A stretch of DNA of 64,000 nucleotides, taken from Octopus vulgaris. Taxonomy: Eukaryota. Both the position numbers and the translations under genes were made by a program. Positions 26,614 through 40,379 of this stretch are shown one piece after another. The first letter of the stretch is position 1; each line of letters opens with the position of its first letter. Location: positions 15,562,001 through 15,626,000 of the forward strand of contig OX597816.1 of the NCBI GenBank assembly GCA_951406725.2, read 5' to 3'. The notes under the pieces are model-generated. The model ran no database searches. It was not told where the DNA came from and saw only the letters and a program-made list of their open reading frames with translations.

Positions 26614-27881
26614 TTTTTTGCTACTAACAGAAACCATTTTTTGATTTCTCATATTCTGTTTTTCTTTATGTTTTGAATCAATTCACCTGACATTGAATAT
26701 CTGTCAAATCGTAAACCTGGACAGTTCTTTAAGAGGGGACTCAAATACTTGTAATTTGTATCGCAACTTTAGTGTGATAAAATATAGCCAATTGCTTGAC
26801 CTTTCTTGATCCAGAAATATATATCAATGATCGATTTACATCTTGAAGGAAAAGGAAAAAGAAATTACAATAACAACAAAAAAATAAATGATAAAAAAAA
26901 TCAGATAGGGTTGGGTGTACATAAATTTCTCCAAGACTGTTAAAGTGATGAACCAATAAAAGAGAGCCTCAGCATGATTGCTTGATCTGATAGAATTAGC
27001 AAGTAAGGTTGTGTCATTAGGAAGTAAGTTTTGTAGTCATATAGTCTTAAGCTCCATCTCTCTGTACAGCTTTTCAGTAAAGTGTCTTCCGTTTCTGCCA
27101 TAACCTCTAGTTTATTATGTTGTAAATAAGAATTTACTGATTGGCAAGTGTCTTGAAAGCCTTCATGTATATCCGTATACATGTGTACACATATCATCTT
27201 CATGAAACAAAAGATACACATATATATTACATCTTTTATTTTGTTCTGGTCATTGGATTGTTGGGGTCCTGGGGTAGAATCTTGAAGGATTTAGTCATAG
27301 AAATCGACCCTGATAAGCCTGGCACTTATTCTATTGAGGACATAAACGCACCAGCACCAGTTGCCAGATGACAGTGAGGGACACATACATACACATACGC
27401 ACACAGAGGATGGACTACTTTCACTTTCTGCCCACCAAATCCATGCACAAGGCTTTGGTTGTTCCAGAACTCTAGTTCAAGACACTTGTTCAAGGTACCA
27501 TGCAGTGGGACTGAATCTGGAACCATGTGGTTGGGAAGCAAACTTCTTAACCACACCACCATACTATATGCACACACATATATATATATATATATCACAT
27601 AAAAAGCACCCACTACACTCTCAGAGTGGTTGGCGTTAGGAAGGGCATCCAGCTGTAGAAACACTGCCAGATCTGACTGGCCTGGTGCAGCCTTCGGGCT
27701 TCCCAGACCCCAGTTGAACCGTCCAACCCATGCTAGCATGGAAAGTGGACGTTAAACGATGATGATGATGATGATTTAAAATTAAAATTAAAATGAGGGT
27801 GAAAAATTGGATATTAATTTGATAATATCAATTTTAACACCAGTGGTCTAGCATATAAAAGAACTGAGGTTCAGTAAATAG

Positions 27882-28124
27882 TATTACATACACATAAGAG
27901 GGAATTTACCACTATGTGGAAACTCTTATGCTAGAAGAAGATCTGCTATGGTAACAAAAGTATAGATTAATCTATATTTTTGTTACTTTTCATTTGTCTT
28001 GCTCGCTTATGTTTCTGATGTTTGCTAAATTTTCTAGGAAACAAATCTTAGTGGTAAGACCATAACAGATCTTCTTCTAGCATAAGGGTTTCCACATAGT
28101 GGTAAATTCTCTCTTATATGTATG

Positions 28125-28129
<5 letters not shown>
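27882..28129. repeat. 71-bp inverted repeat with a ~106-bp spacer
   Basis: Arms 27882-27952 and 28059-28129; right arm runs into (TA)n. Confidence 0.9.
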
Positions 28130-28162
<33 letters not shown>

Positions 28163-28773
28163 GCACACACACACATACACAGATACATGTTAGAAAGCCT
28201 CCCTGTCGGGTAAATAACAATGTAAACACTTTATTTCTAAGCTATTGCTATTTTGAAAGAAAAAAAGAACAAGTCCCATTGGCTCATACTTCTGTGGTCA
28301 ATAGAGTGGGTACCAGTTCAAACACTGAGTCAATATTAATCAACTGTATTTGACTTTATAACCTTAATTATAAATCTTTATCACTCCTACTGCTTTTCCT
28401 ATTTGTACACTTAACACTCATAAAAGAAAAATAAAACAACACCCTCAACTTGACTCTTAACAAATCTTGAATCTTTAGTTTAAGACAGGGTTTACAAAGT
28501 GATTTATATTTTAGTTTTATGTTATATCAATATTTTGCAATATTAATATAATACATTAGATATGATGTAGTATTATTACATATAATTATTATGATGCAAA
28601 AATACAATAACTTGTACAATAATGCAATAAAATGTGAATTTAGTTTCTGTATTTTATTATATGTAAGACTTGACCAAGAACTGACCATTATTAATAAGAA
28701 TTTCCTCAGTGCCATGTAGTGTTTCTGTATAATATATACATATATGTATGTATATATATATATATGTGTGTGT

Positions 28774-29085
28774 GGAGGCGCAATGGCCTAGTGGTTAGGG
28801 CAGCGGACTCGCAGTCATAGGATCGCGGTTTTGATTCCCAGACCGGGCGTTGTGAGTGTTTATTGAGCGAAAACACCTAAAGCTCTACAAGGCTCTGGCA
28901 TGGGGTGGTGGCGATCCCTGCTGTACTCTTTCGCCACAACCTTCTCTCACTCTTTCTTCTGTTGGCCTGCTCGCTTAGCCAACGGGGTGGCGTCATTTGA
29001 AGGCTAAAACAATGCGAAGCGCATTGTGACCAGCGATGTGTAACAACATCTGATGGCCTGGTCGGTCACGGTGATCACGGTGATA
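28774..29085 (+). mobile_element. tRNA-derived SINE, family A head with an alternative 3' tail
   Basis: Near-identical to the 2855-3239 copy up to CTCTCACTCTT, then a different tail ending GGTCACGGTGATCACGGTGA. Confidence 0.8.
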
Positions 29086-31050
29086 TATATATATGTATAT
29101 GCACTAGCAGAAACTCTCTCTGGATAATGTTCTTGTTATATGTGACATTGATAATATGAATACACACACACACATATACACATATATATAGAGACATGTG
29201 TCTATCTGTCGGTCTGTCTATCTCTCTGTCTAGAATTGTGTGTTTTTCCTTTTTCTCTTTATAATTTTTACGTATATGAGATTACAGAAAATGTCTTTTC
29301 AAGCTTTTTTTTTGTTTTTTTAATAAATAAGATAAAAACATAGGTAATAATGAAACATGAAAGGAAAGAAAAATATTTCTAAATATTGATGAAATGACTT
29401 CTAAACATTTATAAAAAAAAAGAAATAAATTGGGAAAAACATTTATAAAAAAAAAATGGAAATAAATTGTGAAATAGCTTTAAAATATTTGATATTTAAT
29501 AACTTTTAGATCTATATATATATATATATAAAAAACTGTGTTATGAAATAGTGAGAATGTAGAAATAACTTGTTTTTGACTAAAGTGTTCTTTTAAAATT
29601 TTTAACAGTAAGTTGTGATTTGAGGCAGATTTGGTTGCTATTACCAGCAAGTCAAATTATTGTACAGACCATTTCCCTAAGGGGTCATTTACAAAAATTT
29701 CACTTGTTTGTCACATTGCTCAGTTGTGGATCTGTCTTGGTTGTTATGACGGCTCAGCTATGGTCTTCTTCTTCTTCCAATCAGGACTCACGTCATTAGC
29801 CACAAAGAATAATCTCTAATTTGAGCCTACTCTAAGCTACTAAGAATGCATGTGGCAACTTGAAGATCCACCCACCACACGCGATAGACTAGCGGTTGCA
29901 TGGGCATGAAAGCTACGTTGGTATCCTCATTCTGTAAACAGTGGCTTTTAACGGGTGGAGAGCTGAACCATCCTGGGGTACAGAGGATTCGCAATCTAGA
30001 CTAGGGTCTGAAAGTTTACCACACTATAGTGGGTTACACCATGGTTCCTCTGCTTTGTGGAAGAAGTAGGAAGAAAGAGTGAGAGAAAGTTGTGGTAAAA
30101 GAGTACAGCAGGGTTCACCACCCCACCCTGCCAGAGCCTTGTGGAGCTTAGGTATTTTTGCTCAATAAATACTCACAATGCCCGGTCTGGGAATCGAAAC
30201 CATGTTCTTACGACCGCGAGTCCGCTACCCTAACCACTGGGCCATTGTGCCTCCCCTCAGCTGTGGTTGTTCAGGCACAGCTCAGCAGAGGTTGGAACGA
30301 TACTGCACATTGGTGGTTATAGTGATACCTCAATAATTACTGTTACACACCTATCCTTCATATGTTTCAGCAAGGTTATTAAAGTGATGAACTAATAAGA
30401 GAGAGCCTCTACATGATTGCTTGATCTGACAGAATTAACAAACATGGCTGTGTCATTACGAAGTAAGCTTTGCAGTCATATGGTCTTGAGTTCCATCCCA
30501 CCATACAGCACTTTAGTAAAGTGTCTTCTGTTTCTGTCCTAGCCTCAAGTTTGCTAAGATGTTGTAAGTAGAATTTTGTGTGTGGTGACTCCTCCATAAG
30601 AAGAGATGGTAGTGAAAAAGATAAATGGTCTTACTGACACTGCTCTGTTCATTGCTGGTTGTATTGAAACTACTAAGTCATGCTTCTGATGATCCAGCTC
30701 AGTGTCATCATCATCATCATTGTTTAATGTCTGCTTTCCATGCTAGCATGGGTTGGATGATTTGACTGAGGACTGGCAATCCAGATGGCTGCACCAGGCT
30801 CCAATCTTGATCTGGCAGAGTTTCTACAGCTGGATGCCCTTCCTAACTCCAACCACTCCGAGAGTATAGTGGGTGCTTTTACATGCCACCGGCATGAGGG
30901 CCAGTCAGGCGGTACTGGCAACGACCTTGCTCAAAAGGTGTTTTTTATGTGCCACCTGCACAGGAGCCAGTCCAGCGGCACTGGCAACAATTGTAAAAAA
31001 GTTCATTCTGACCAGAGGTGTATAACATTAAATAGTTTGGTTGATACAAT

Positions 31051-31090
<40 letters not shown>

Positions 31091-31819
31091 AGCTCACACA
31101 TGCTTTCCTTCGGATGAAGATAGTCAGTATGAGTCTGACTTCCTTCAGGACCCCATTTCCTATCCTTATCCTTCACCTCACCTCTGCCACTCACAGGTAC
31201 TGAGGGTTTATGCTTAGAGGTGGGGGTTTTTTCCCTAGTTACGCTGCCCTCTCTAGCTACCATAATTTAATCCCTGTGCAGCTATGAATTCAGTGGAACC
31301 TTCTCTTAGAGTCATTTCATGCCCAAAGGTAAGATGTGCCCCATTCCTACTGGTCTTACAGCTTGACAGGCACTGACTCCCCATGGAGTTTCTAAATCCT
31401 CATGGTGTTGCTAGATAGCCATTGATACAATGTTAGGTTTATCCAACCGTGGATAGATCTTGTTTCTGTCCTGCTGCATTTGGTTCCTGGTAAACTTCCT
31501 CCATCAGGCAAACTTGGAAGGGGAGACAGTTTAGTTGTGGATGATCTAACCATGCAACAGATGACATGTTGCTTGTGTACTCATGCGTGATTGGACATAG
31601 ATACTACACACACACACACACTTACAATTATACTATATTCTATACATTATTTACTACTGTACAATATATTATATACTCTGCATATGTGTATGCATGTATG
31701 TATTATATAAATTATATACCATATGTGTGTGTGCATGCGAGTGTGTGTATGTGTGTGTATAAATATAATACTATATATACTATCTATATGTATATATAAA
31801 ATATGTGCTATATTTCATG

Positions 31820-31890
<71 letters not shown>

Positions 31891-33187
31891 CACTATATAC
31901 TATGTACTGTTTTTATATACATATTTATGTCCGACCCATGCCAATATGGAAAGCGGACGTTAAACTATAATGATATATATATTTATAATACAACATATTT
32001 TATTCCATAAATTTGTGTAAATATATGTATGTATGTATGTATGTATGTATACATGTATGTACGTATATATAGACATATACTATATATACTGTCCATATAT
32101 ATTTACAAGATATTTTGACATACAAATATATTTAAAGATACTTGTATGTATGTATAAATTTATAAATACATATATATGTATTATACAATACATACACGCA
32201 CACACATAACGACCACCTCTGCACGTATCTTAGCCACACGCACATTCATACTTAAAATATTTGCCATAAATCTTGTTTAAACTCTGTTCACATGTTTCCC
32301 TAAGCTAGTTGTGTAGATAGATATATGTCTATCTGCAGAGAAGCTTTATAAGTCCAATAAAAATGTTGCAGACACAAGATATTGATTGAGAAATCGATGT
32401 ATTTTCAATATTAAGAGCAATTTTATTGTTGTTCAGCTGTAGAAGACTAACAAGGCAAGCGTTAATATGTTTAAATGACTTTCCTGTTACCGGAATGTGT
32501 TTTTACAGTGGAGATGTGGTAATAAACTTGATATGCTGTGTTGACAAGATAAAAAGAAGGAAAAAAAACACACAACCAACAATGAAACACATCAAATATA
32601 AAATGGGGGGGAAAAAAGCAGAAAAAAATAGCGTGTCCTGTCATCTAAAGATTACGATTCCACGTTACGTATTTGGAACACACCATAGCCATCAACAGCA
32701 CTATGAAAACTATCTTCATTCCTATCATCACTATTACCGTTCATTCATTCACACATCCATCCATTCATTCATTCATTCATTCATTATTCTGTAATCTTGG
32801 CTAAGAGCGGTGGATTAACCAGATCTCCTCCGTCTCTTATAATGTTTGGGTTCTGTTTGATTCGTGTAACGTTTCAAATGGTTATTATAAAAAAAAGATC
32901 CGTGGGTCCGTTTTCTTTTCCCCCTCCTTTAACTCGGCATGTGTATCAGCTGTTAGATCTGTGAATGGTAAAGGAAGAGAAATGGATATGCATCTCTCTC
33001 TCTCTCTCTCGTGTAATAGAATGAATATATATATATATTTAATTTATATATATTTTTTGAACTTATAAGTTTATATATATATATATATATATAACATATA
33101 TTTGAGTGTATTTAACTTATAGATATATAAGGATTGAATCAAATGGCAGCATGGGAAGAAAAACCTTATAGGTTATAATGATCATTT

Positions 33188-33354
33188 AAATTATAAATAA
33201 GGATATCTAAGACATACCACCATGCTTGAAATAGAAGTCAAAACCCGTCTCTAAAACCACATTAAGTGTTCAACACTTGACGTGGTTTTAGAGTCAGGTT
33301 TTGACTGCTATTTCAAGCACGGTGGTATCTCTTAGATACCCTTATTTGTAATTT
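33188..33354. repeat. 167-bp near-perfect palindrome
   Basis: 83-bp arms symmetric about C33271 (…ATTAAGTGTT-C-AACACTTGAC…), with scattered mismatches. Confidence 0.9.
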
Positions 33355-33360
33355 TATACA

Positions 33361-33405
<45 letters not shown>

Positions 33406-33868
33406 TGTATAGATGTACACATTTATATATTGCATGTCTTTTTTTAAAAGTCATTTCACTTGTTTCAGTCATTAGACTATAGGCAAGATGGGGTACCACC
33501 TTGAAGAATTTTTAATCAAATAAATCCACCCTAGCACTTATTATATCAGTCTCTTTTACCAAACTGCTAGGCTATGGGGACATAAACATACCATCACCAA
33601 TTGTCAAGCGGCAGTGGGGGATTAACACAAAGTTTTTCGGCTCCCATCTACCAAATCCATTCGCAAGTCTTTCACTGGCCTGACATTATAGTAGAAGTCA
33701 CTTGGCCAAGGTGCCATCAGTGGGACTGAATCCAGAATCATGATAAGGAAGCAAGCTTCATACGTCATAGTTACCACTTTGAGCAAGTGTCTTCAATTAT
33801 AGACTTGGGCCAACCAGAGCCTTGTGTGTAGATTTGATAGATGGAAACAGAAAAAAGCCCATCATGTG

Positions 33869-33906
<38 letters not shown>

Positions 33907-34101
33907 TATATATTTATTTATTTATCTATAAAATATATTTATTCATTTATATATAAAATATATATGATATATATATAAGATTTATTTATATATATATATA
34001 TATATAAGTTCAGCAAAAATTTAGATTCAAATGAATATGGTACTTAAGTTAGATGCACCAGAATTTTGTATGATGTTATCCATAAAAATTCATGGGGTGA
34101 T

Positions 34102-34157
34102 TATAATCAAAATAAGCAACAAGAATGACTTCAGAGTCATTCTTGTTGCTTATTTTG

Positions 34158-34163
<6 letters not shown>
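34102..34163. repeat. Perfect 29-bp hairpin with a 4-nt loop
   Basis: TATAATCAAAATAAGCAACAAGAATGACT-TCAG-AGTCATTCTTGTTGCTTATTTTGATTATA, directly followed by (TA)n. Confidence 0.92.
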
Positions 34164-34204
<41 letters not shown>

Positions 34205-34297
34205 CTTGGATATATTTTATTAATTTGCCTGCATGACTTATGCTCACAGCCATCAATGTTGGTATTTTTGAAAATATTATCATCATTCTCATATTTA

Positions 34298-34346
<49 letters not shown>

Positions 34347-35024
34347 ATTTGTTCTTTACCACTGCTTGGAAACTGGTGTTGGTGTGTTTATGTTCCATTA
34401 ACATTAGCAGTTCAGCAAAAGAGACTGATAGAACAAACAAGTACTAGGCTTTAAAAAAATATAAAAATTAGATCCTTGTGGGAATTCACTTAAGTAAAAT
34501 CCTGCAAGGCAGTGCCCCAGCATGACCTCAGTCTAATAACTGAAAGAAGTAAAAGATACAAGAGAAATAAATGTAAAATCTAAAATATTTGTACATATAT
34601 TTTAGTTTATGTGTGTGTGTGTGTGTGTGTGGAAGCAGACATTGGACTCAACACAGTTATCAGGTTCATTGAATCCTGTCAAACTGTCCTACACATGGAA
34701 GACAAACATTAAATGATGACGATGACGATGAAATAAATCTTTTTACATCTGTGTGTGTGTGCATATATATATATATATATGTATTTGTATGTATGTATGT
34801 ATATTTATATGTATGTATGTATATTTATATGTATGTATGTATATTTATATGTATGTATATTTATATATATGTATGCATGTATGTATACTTATATATATGT
34901 ATATATGTATATATATATATGTATGTATATACACACACACGTATATTGTGAGTTAGATATTTACAGATGCATGCAGGTGTTGTTGGCTTTCTTTTTCAGC
35001 TTAGTGGTAGCTTGAAAGAGCAAC

Positions 35025-35068
<44 letters not shown>

Positions 35069-36039
35069 GGTGTTTTTGGAGTCTGAATGGTCTTTTGTCT
35101 CCCTAATTCTGTCCCCTTTAATCTTAGCATTTTAGTAAAATAAAAAAGATTGTTTCTGAGTGTAGAGGTGGTACTACAAAAATAAAGCGAGAGTAGTAGT
35201 AAAAGTGGTGGTGCTGGTGTGTAGGGATAAAGTTAGTGGGGGGGTGTCGCATCACCACCCCCTCCCTCCACCCATCTTCCATTGAATGCAATTGCTAAGG
35301 GCATATGTGAATTGAGCATACTTCCCAAAAAAAGAAGAAATTACCAAAACCCCATAACCATACCCCGCCTCTGTTTCCTTGTTTCTAGCTAATTTGTTTT
35401 TTACCGTTCTGACCCTGATCAAATGAGACCGCTGGAAGGAAAATAGAAATAGTATATATACAAATAATCAAACAGATATCAACTACATTTCCTGTGTGGT
35501 TTTTGGCATTCAATGATTTTTTGGATGGTTGGTTGTTTGAATTCAAGTGCTCCAAATCACTCTCTGTAAATTCTCTCTCTTGTTGCCTGAAGGGTCTGCT
35601 CAGATGTTAAAGGTATAAATGGTAAAGTACTGGTAATGGGGCCGAACGGTGGTGGCGGGGCCACAACATTAACAATGGTGTGTGAAGGTTGCTCAAACAC
35701 ACACACACACACACACACGCTCACTTTCGTATGAATGAATGCAATAAAGTAGTTTGTAAGATTTTATAAACGAACACCTGTGTATCTCTCAGTAAACAGC
35801 TTTACCTTAGAGCTGATGATGTTTTTCCTTTCTGTTTTTTCCTCTATTGAATAAGTTATCTTTTGTAAAATATACTCCAGCATCTAAACTGGCCAATTCC
35901 ACCCACTGTATACTGCTATTTGTTCAAATTGATGATTTCTTGTCTTCCTTAACAGATAAACATCCGCTACTAAACCACATTTTGCTTTTATTTTCCCTTA
36001 GTATTTCTTCTTTTCTTTCATATGTAACATTATTACTCT

Positions 36040-36442
36040 TTTACACTTTTACTTGTTTCAGTCATTTGACTGCAGCCATGCTGGAGCACCGCCTTTAGTC
36101 GAGCAAATCGACCCCAGGACTTATTCTTTAGCCTAGTACTTATTCTATCAGTTACTTTTGCTGAACTGCTAAGTTACGGAGACGTAAACACACCACCATC
36201 AGTTGTCAAATTATGTTGGGGGGGACAAGCATAGACACAAAAACATATACACACACGCATATATATATACATATACATATATATGATGGGCTTCTTTCAG
36301 TTTCCGTCTACCAAATCCTCTCGCAAGGCTGTGGTCGGATCCAAGGCTATAGTAGAAGATATTTGCCCAAGGTGCCATGCAATGGGAATGAACCCGGAAC
36401 CATGTGTTGGTAAGCAAGCTACTTACCACACAGCCACTCCTA
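36040..36442 (-). mobile_element. SINE family B
   Basis: Reverse complement of family B. Further decayed copies at ~27235-27560, 33455-33870, 36545-36930, 37205-37365, 50830-50990, 57260-57645. Confidence 0.85.
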
Positions 36443-36614
36443 TATTATATTATATGATGGAGGAGTGCATGGCTTTGTGGTTCGGGCATTGGACTCCTTA
36501 TCGTAAGATTGTTGTCTCAATTCCTGGACTGTGCTATTTCTTTTATTGCTTTTACTTGTTTCAGTCATTTGACAGTGGCCATGCTGGAGCACCACCTTTA
36601 GCCAAACAAATCGA

Positions 36615-36872
36615 CCCCAGGACTTAATCTTTGTAAGCCTAATACTTATTCTATGAGTCTCATTTGCCAAACTGCTAAGTTACAGGGACGTAAACAAGCT
36701 CCCCAGGACTTAATCTTTGTAAGCCTAATACTTATTCTATGAGTCTCATTTGCCAAACTGCTAAGTTACAGGGACGTAAACAAGCTCCCCAGGACTTAAT
36801 CTTTGTAAGCCTAATACTTATTCTATGATTCTCATTTGCCGAACTGCTAAGTTACAGGGACGTAAACAAGCT
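36615..36872. repeat. Three near-perfect tandem 86-bp units inside a SINE B copy
   Basis: Unit CCCCAGGACTTAATCTTTGTAAGCC...GGGACGTAAACAAGCT starts at 36615, 36701 and 36787. Confidence 0.9.
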
Positions 36873-39800
36873 AACATCTGTTGTCAAGCAATGGTCAGGA
36901 GAAAAACAGAGACCCTCAAACAAACACATACATACATATGTCGTGCGCTGACAACGGGTAAATACCCAGAAACCCGGGTCCGTGTGTATCACATCAGGTC
37001 GACAATGGAAGGATGGCTCCCTTTGCAAATACTGATAGGGCACAGAAAGTGTGTCAATAGCCAGCAGGAGATGTTCTCCTGGGGCTACAAGCATCCACCC
37101 TTAGTGGTTAGTCACATTTAGGTGGCAAATATAATTCACATTGTCGTGCAGCTACTGTTTATACCTCGTTCAGAGATTTATTATATATATATATATATAA
37201 ATCACACAATGGGCTTCTTTCAGTCTCCATCTCGAAATCCACTCACAAGGCATTGGTCAGCCCAAGGCTATAGTAGAAGACACTTGCCCAAGATGCCATA
37301 TAGTGGCACTGACCCCAGAACCATGTGGTTGATAAGCAAGCTACTTACCACGCAGTCACTCCTGTATCTGTGTATGTATTTTATGGAACCCCTGGAAGGC
37401 AAAGTCAACCTCAATGGAATTCAAACTCAGAATGCAATAAGTTGAAAGAAATACCACTAGGCATTTTATGTGAGACTCTAAAAATTCTGCTAGCTTGCTG
37501 CTTGCCTTGTGTGTGTGTGTGTATATATATAAAGTGTGTGTGTATGTATGTATGTATGTATGTGTGTGTGTGTGTGTGTGTGTTTGTATGTATGTATATA
37601 TATATGTATGTAATATATATATGTGTGTGTGTATATATATATATGTATATATGTTTATATATATATATATGTGTGTGTATATATATATGTGTATGTATCT
37701 ATGCATATGTATATATGTGTGTATATATATATGTGAATATATATTTATATATATCTATGCATATATATGTATATATTTGTATATATCTATGCATATATAT
37801 ATGTATATATGTGTATATGTATATATATATGCATATGTATATATATGTGTATATATATATGTGTGTGTGTATATGTATATTTATGTGTGTATATATATAT
37901 ATATGTATATGTATTTATATACATATATAAACAAATACATGAATTAATGTAGACTTACCTTGTATTCAATATTTTGGGATTATGACCCCATTTTCAAGAA
38001 ATTGATGAATGTTGCTGATGTGCATGTGTGTGAGCTCACACGCATGCACATTGGCAACATTCGTCAACTAGCTCCTGTCAACCATACTACCCATGCATGC
38101 ATGGAAGATGGACATCAAATGATGATGATGATGATATATATCTGTGTGTGTGTGTGTGTTGGTTTGTTTACATTCCCTTTAACATTAGCAGTTTGGCAAA
38201 AGAGATTGATAGAATAAGAACCAGGCTTAAAGACAATGAGATCTGGGGTCGATTTATTTGGCTTACATTCTTCAGTGTTCCAGCATGGCCGCAGTCTAAT
38301 GACTGGAACAAGTAAAAGATAAAAGATAATATGCATGCTATTTATAAGCATTTTATCTCTCCTTCTCTCTTTCTCTCTCTCATATACATACATACATGCA
38401 TACATACATATATAAATTATATATAATTTATATATCTACACACATATATATATATATATGTATGTATGTATCTACATATATATATGTATATATCTACATT
38501 GAGGATGAATGAAGCCAGCTCAACCCACCCCGGGTGAATGCTGTCTCAAGACAAGAAGAAGATATATCTACATATATATATGTAGTATATAGTAAAAGAG
38601 TAAAGAGTATATGTATATATATATATAGATATGTATATATCTACAAATATACATACATATATCAACATGGCCTTCTGGCTTCACAGACCCCAGTAGAACC
38701 GTCCAACCCATGCTAGCATGGAAAACGGACGCTAAACGATGATGATGATGATGATACATACATATATCAACATATATATATATGTATACATCTACATATA
38801 TACATACATGTATATATATCTACATATATATGTATATATCTACATATATATATCTATATGTATATGTGTATATATATATACACACACATATATACACATA
38901 TATATGTGTATGTATGTATGTTATTTATTATGCACTATACATATACACATATACATATGAACAAGTGAGCCTGTTAATTCTATGTGAAGCCCACCTTCAC
39001 AAAGCCGTTCAGTTTTAGAGGCCAAACAGCACAGATAGTTATTTGTCTTTTCCCCTTTTTACAATCTGAGGTTTATTTGTCTTCCTTTTACAACCTGAAT
39101 ACCAGAGAAATGACATTGCGAATGTGAGATGTCATCCACAAAACGAGGCCAATGTCAACATATGGTAGCTAGCACCACCAACAATAAGAATGATGATAAT
39201 AATAATAATAATGATAATGATAATAATAATGCTGTTTGTATCATGAATGTTAAAATAAAAACAAACCAAAAGAACATCTCCTTATCATTAATAGACTGTT
39301 GTTTCTAGCTACCAACACCATCTGCTTGGCATGTAAGATGGTTTTGGGTGATCTTAATTATGATTGGAATCTGGAAGAAATTCACTATCTGATCTGTCAA
39401 GCATGTAACATGAAAGAACTCAGAGATTTTTTTTATTGTTTTACTTATTTTTTTTTATATTTTACCTTTTCCTCTTTTTTTTTTTTTGCTTTTTTTTGCC
39501 TTTCTTTCTCCAAAAGAATAACAACTGAATGTTAAAATCCTGTAGTTTCTTGGCATGTGTGTGTAAGTGTGCCGCTAAGGATTATGGGTAACATTTCTTT
39601 GATCAAACATTTAGATTCTAAACTTAGTAGCATAGCATGTGTGTGTATGCGTGTACATGTGTGTACATGTGTATGTGTGTTAAGTAGTTTTCTGTTTTTA
39701 AGTTATATTTTGATAAACGACTGTCATATGAATGAATGAATTGAAAAAATTTTTATTCTTTTAATCCTCATTTTATTTATTTATTCATTTATTTATTTAT

Positions 39801-40379
39801 TTATTTTGTTTGGTATTGAACCATGAAACCCAGTAAAGGTTATTAGTTATAAATTATTTGTACGACAAACTCCTGCAGTTCCAGTCTGACAACCCAAATT
39901 CCACTCACAAAAGCATTAGTCAATTCCAGTCTATAACAGAAGAAATTCCCCCAGGGTGTCTGCCCAGTGGGACTTGAATCTGGAATCACATGGTCATGAA
40001 GCGAGCTGGTTAACCACATAGCAATGCTTATACCTATAGAGTGCTACATTTACTTCAGGTGAACCATGTAGCAATGTTTATACTCCACAGAAAATGAAAA
40101 CTACTTTAGGTTCTAAAAACAACATTGGCTGTAGCTACATGGAAGTAGTAAATTGGAGCTTATAATATTCCAAAGACTCATGACTCATGTGATAGACTGT
40201 AGAGTCTGAGTCAGACGAATGAAACCCTTAAAATAACAGCTCTTTGGGGTATCATTTGACTGTAGCAGTCAAGGTATGACAGCTATGAGTTTAAGGGACT
40301 GGACTATCATTTATCATCTATCTTTTAGTTGTTTCTGACACTGGATAGTAAGGGCCATTATAATAGCAATAGAAAAGAC

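Noticed and set aside
28774-28850. tRNA-like sequence with A and B boxes
   Set aside because: Continues directly into a SINE body seen in other copies; it is a SINE head, not a tRNA gene.
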